The notes beneath the pieces are model-generated. The model worked only from the letters and a program-made list of their open reading frames with translations. It was not told the DNA's origin and searched no databases. A DNA stretch of 18,172 bases from Aquificaceae bacterium (GTDB taxonomy: Bacteria > Aquificota > Aquificia > Aquificales > Aquificaceae): assembly GCA_041640635.1 (NCBI GenBank), contig JBEPZX010000023.1, positions 1 through 18,172 of the forward strand, written 5' to 3'. The translations under genes and the position numbers were made by a program. Below, piece by piece: positions 16,907 through 18,172 of this stretch (position 1 is the first letter of the stretch; each line of letters opens with the position of its first letter).

Positions 16907-17928
16907 GCAAGACTATCCTTGTCACTGGCGTTGCTGGATTCATCGGTAGCCACGTAGCCCAAGCTCTCCTGGCTCGGGGCGATACTGTCGTTGGCCTGGA
17001 TAACTTAAATGACTATTATGACCCAGCCCGTAAACAGGCTAACCTAGAGGAAGTACAACGTAATACGCACTATACATCACGCTTTATATTCATTAAAGGA
17101 GACATTCGTGATCGTAATTTGGTCTCTCAAGTGTTTGCCAAGTATCACTTTGATGCTATTATTCATCTAGCTGCTATGGCTGGCGTTCGCGCGTCTATTG
17201 AGGATCCTGCATTCTATTACGATGTTAACCTTAACGGTACCCTAGTGCTTCTTGACGCTGCTGTGGGCCGTCTCCATCCTAATCCGCAACATAGAACCAA
17301 CAACCTACATCCGATTTTTGTCTTTGCCAGCACTTCTTCTGTTTATGGAGCTACTCAGCAAATTCCCTTTGTTGAAACTGATCCATGTAATCAACCCCTA
17401 GCTCCATATCCGGCTAGCAAGCGGGCTGCTGAGTTACTGGGCTACACGTACCATCACTTGTATGGCTTGAACTTTACTGCTTTGCGTTTTTTCACTGTCT
17501 ATGGCCCCCGCGGCCGTCCCGATATGATGGCCTACAAGGTAGCCGACAATATTTACTTTGGCCGGGAGGTTCCCCTTTATAACAACGGCCAGATGTATCG
17601 GGATTGGACTTATATTGACGACATCGTCAAAGGTGTCTTGGCTGCTGTGGATCGCCCCCTGGGCTACGAAATCATTAATCTAGGACGAGGCCAGCCAATA
17701 CTTTTAGCTGACTTTGTGCGCTTGATTGAGGAATTCACAGGACGCAAGGCACACCTAGTGCCAGCCCCTATGCCTGAGACGGATATTCCCTACACCTACG
17801 CTGACATTAGTAAAGCCCGCCGCTTACTAGGATATAACCCTACCATTTCGGTACAGGATGGGGTGGCGCGATTTTTGGAATGGTATGAACAAGCGGTGAG
17901 GAAGAAAGAAAGTCGAAAGAAAAGTTAA
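16903..17928 (+). CDS. NAD-dependent epimerase, UDP-glucuronate 4-epimerase (CapI/WcaG-like) subgroup
   Basis: TGVAGFIG, DNLNDYYDP, HLAAMAGVR, STSSVYG, YPASK, LRFFTVYGPRGRPDM, RDWTYIDD. Confidence 0.88.
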   Translation: MSKTILVTGVAGFIGSHVAQALLARGDTVVGLDNLNDYYDPARKQANLEEVQRNTHYTSRFIFIKGDIRDRNLVSQVFAKYHFDAIIHLAAMAGVRASIEDPAFYYDVNLNGTLVLLDAAVGRLHPNPQHRTNNLHPIFVFASTSSVYGATQQIPFVETDPCNQPLAPYPASKRAAELLGYTYHHLYGLNFTALRFFTVYGPRGRPDMMAYKVADNIYFGREVPLYNNGQMYRDWTYIDDIVKGVLAAVDRPLGYEIINLGRGQPILLADFVRLIEEFTGRKAHLVPAPMPETDIPYTYADISKARRLLGYNPTISVQDGVARFLEWYEQAVRKKESRKKS

Positions 17929-18007
17929 GTTGTATAAAATGCCTCCAGAAGAGCACGAAGCAATGGAAAAATGTGGTCGAGATGTTGAAAATATACTAAA
18001 AAGGTAG
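17924..18007 (+). pseudogene. Probable C-terminal remnant of a GT4 glycosyltransferase
   Basis: Reads VKLYKMPPEEHEAMEKCGRDVENILKR*. This resembles the GT4 terminal helix pattern L..M..EER..MG..GR..VE (compare 'EKAYRMGEEGRRMA' in the 15704 GT). Confidence 0.55.
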
Positions 18008-18030
18008 GTTTAACACTAGAAGTGGAATTT

Positions 18031-18172
18031 ATGATGGATGCTCTGATAACATATGGTTGGAACAGAGTTGCTTACAATGTGTTGAGAAGCTTAGGGAAAA
18101 AGGGTCTGAAGGTATGTGTTGGTGATACTAGCAAGCTTTGCATGTCCTTTTGGTCCAGATACGCTGCTGAGA
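18031..18172 (+). CDS. 5' part of a probable ATP-grasp domain protein (runs off the window end)
   Basis: Open frame MMDALITYGWNRVAYNVLRSLGKKGLKVCVGDTSKLCMSFWSRYAAE. The RSLG..G..V and SRY motifs resemble the N-terminus of polysaccharide-cluster ATP-grasp proteins. Only 47 codons are visible. Confidence 0.6.
   Translation, partial: MMDALITYGWNRVAYNVLRSLGKKGLKVCVGDTSKLCMSFWSRYAAE

Overview
Most of this window is a + strand Wzx/Wzy-type surface-polysaccharide (O-antigen/EPS) gene cluster. The host is probably a low-GC thermophilic Gram-negative bacterium (inferred from AGR/ATA codon use only). Gene order: a DUF523-DUF1722 (YbgA/TudS-type) gene; a ~1 kb AT-rich control region; a WbpA / WbpB-WbpD fusion / WbpE / WecB(WbpI) module for a 2,3-diacetamido-uronic acid; flippase; SAM methyltransferase; Wzy; four GT4 glycosyltransferases; two SDR epimerases; and the start of a probable ATP-grasp gene. 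The intergenic DNA holds the most interesting signals. (1) A tandemly duplicated sigma70 promoter is followed by a structured leader carrying a perfect ops (GGCGGTAGnnTG) antitermination element. (2) A decayed wbpA 5' end and a decayed wecB 3' end bracket the intact wbpA-wecB module, and a GT4 C-terminal remnant follows a GC-richer block, pointing to in-place cassette replacement. (3) A switch-like hairpin set lies before wbpA. (4) An exact copy of the 16S anti-Shine-Dalgarno sequence lies in front of one GT gene. All calls are from manual motif reading; no searches were run.
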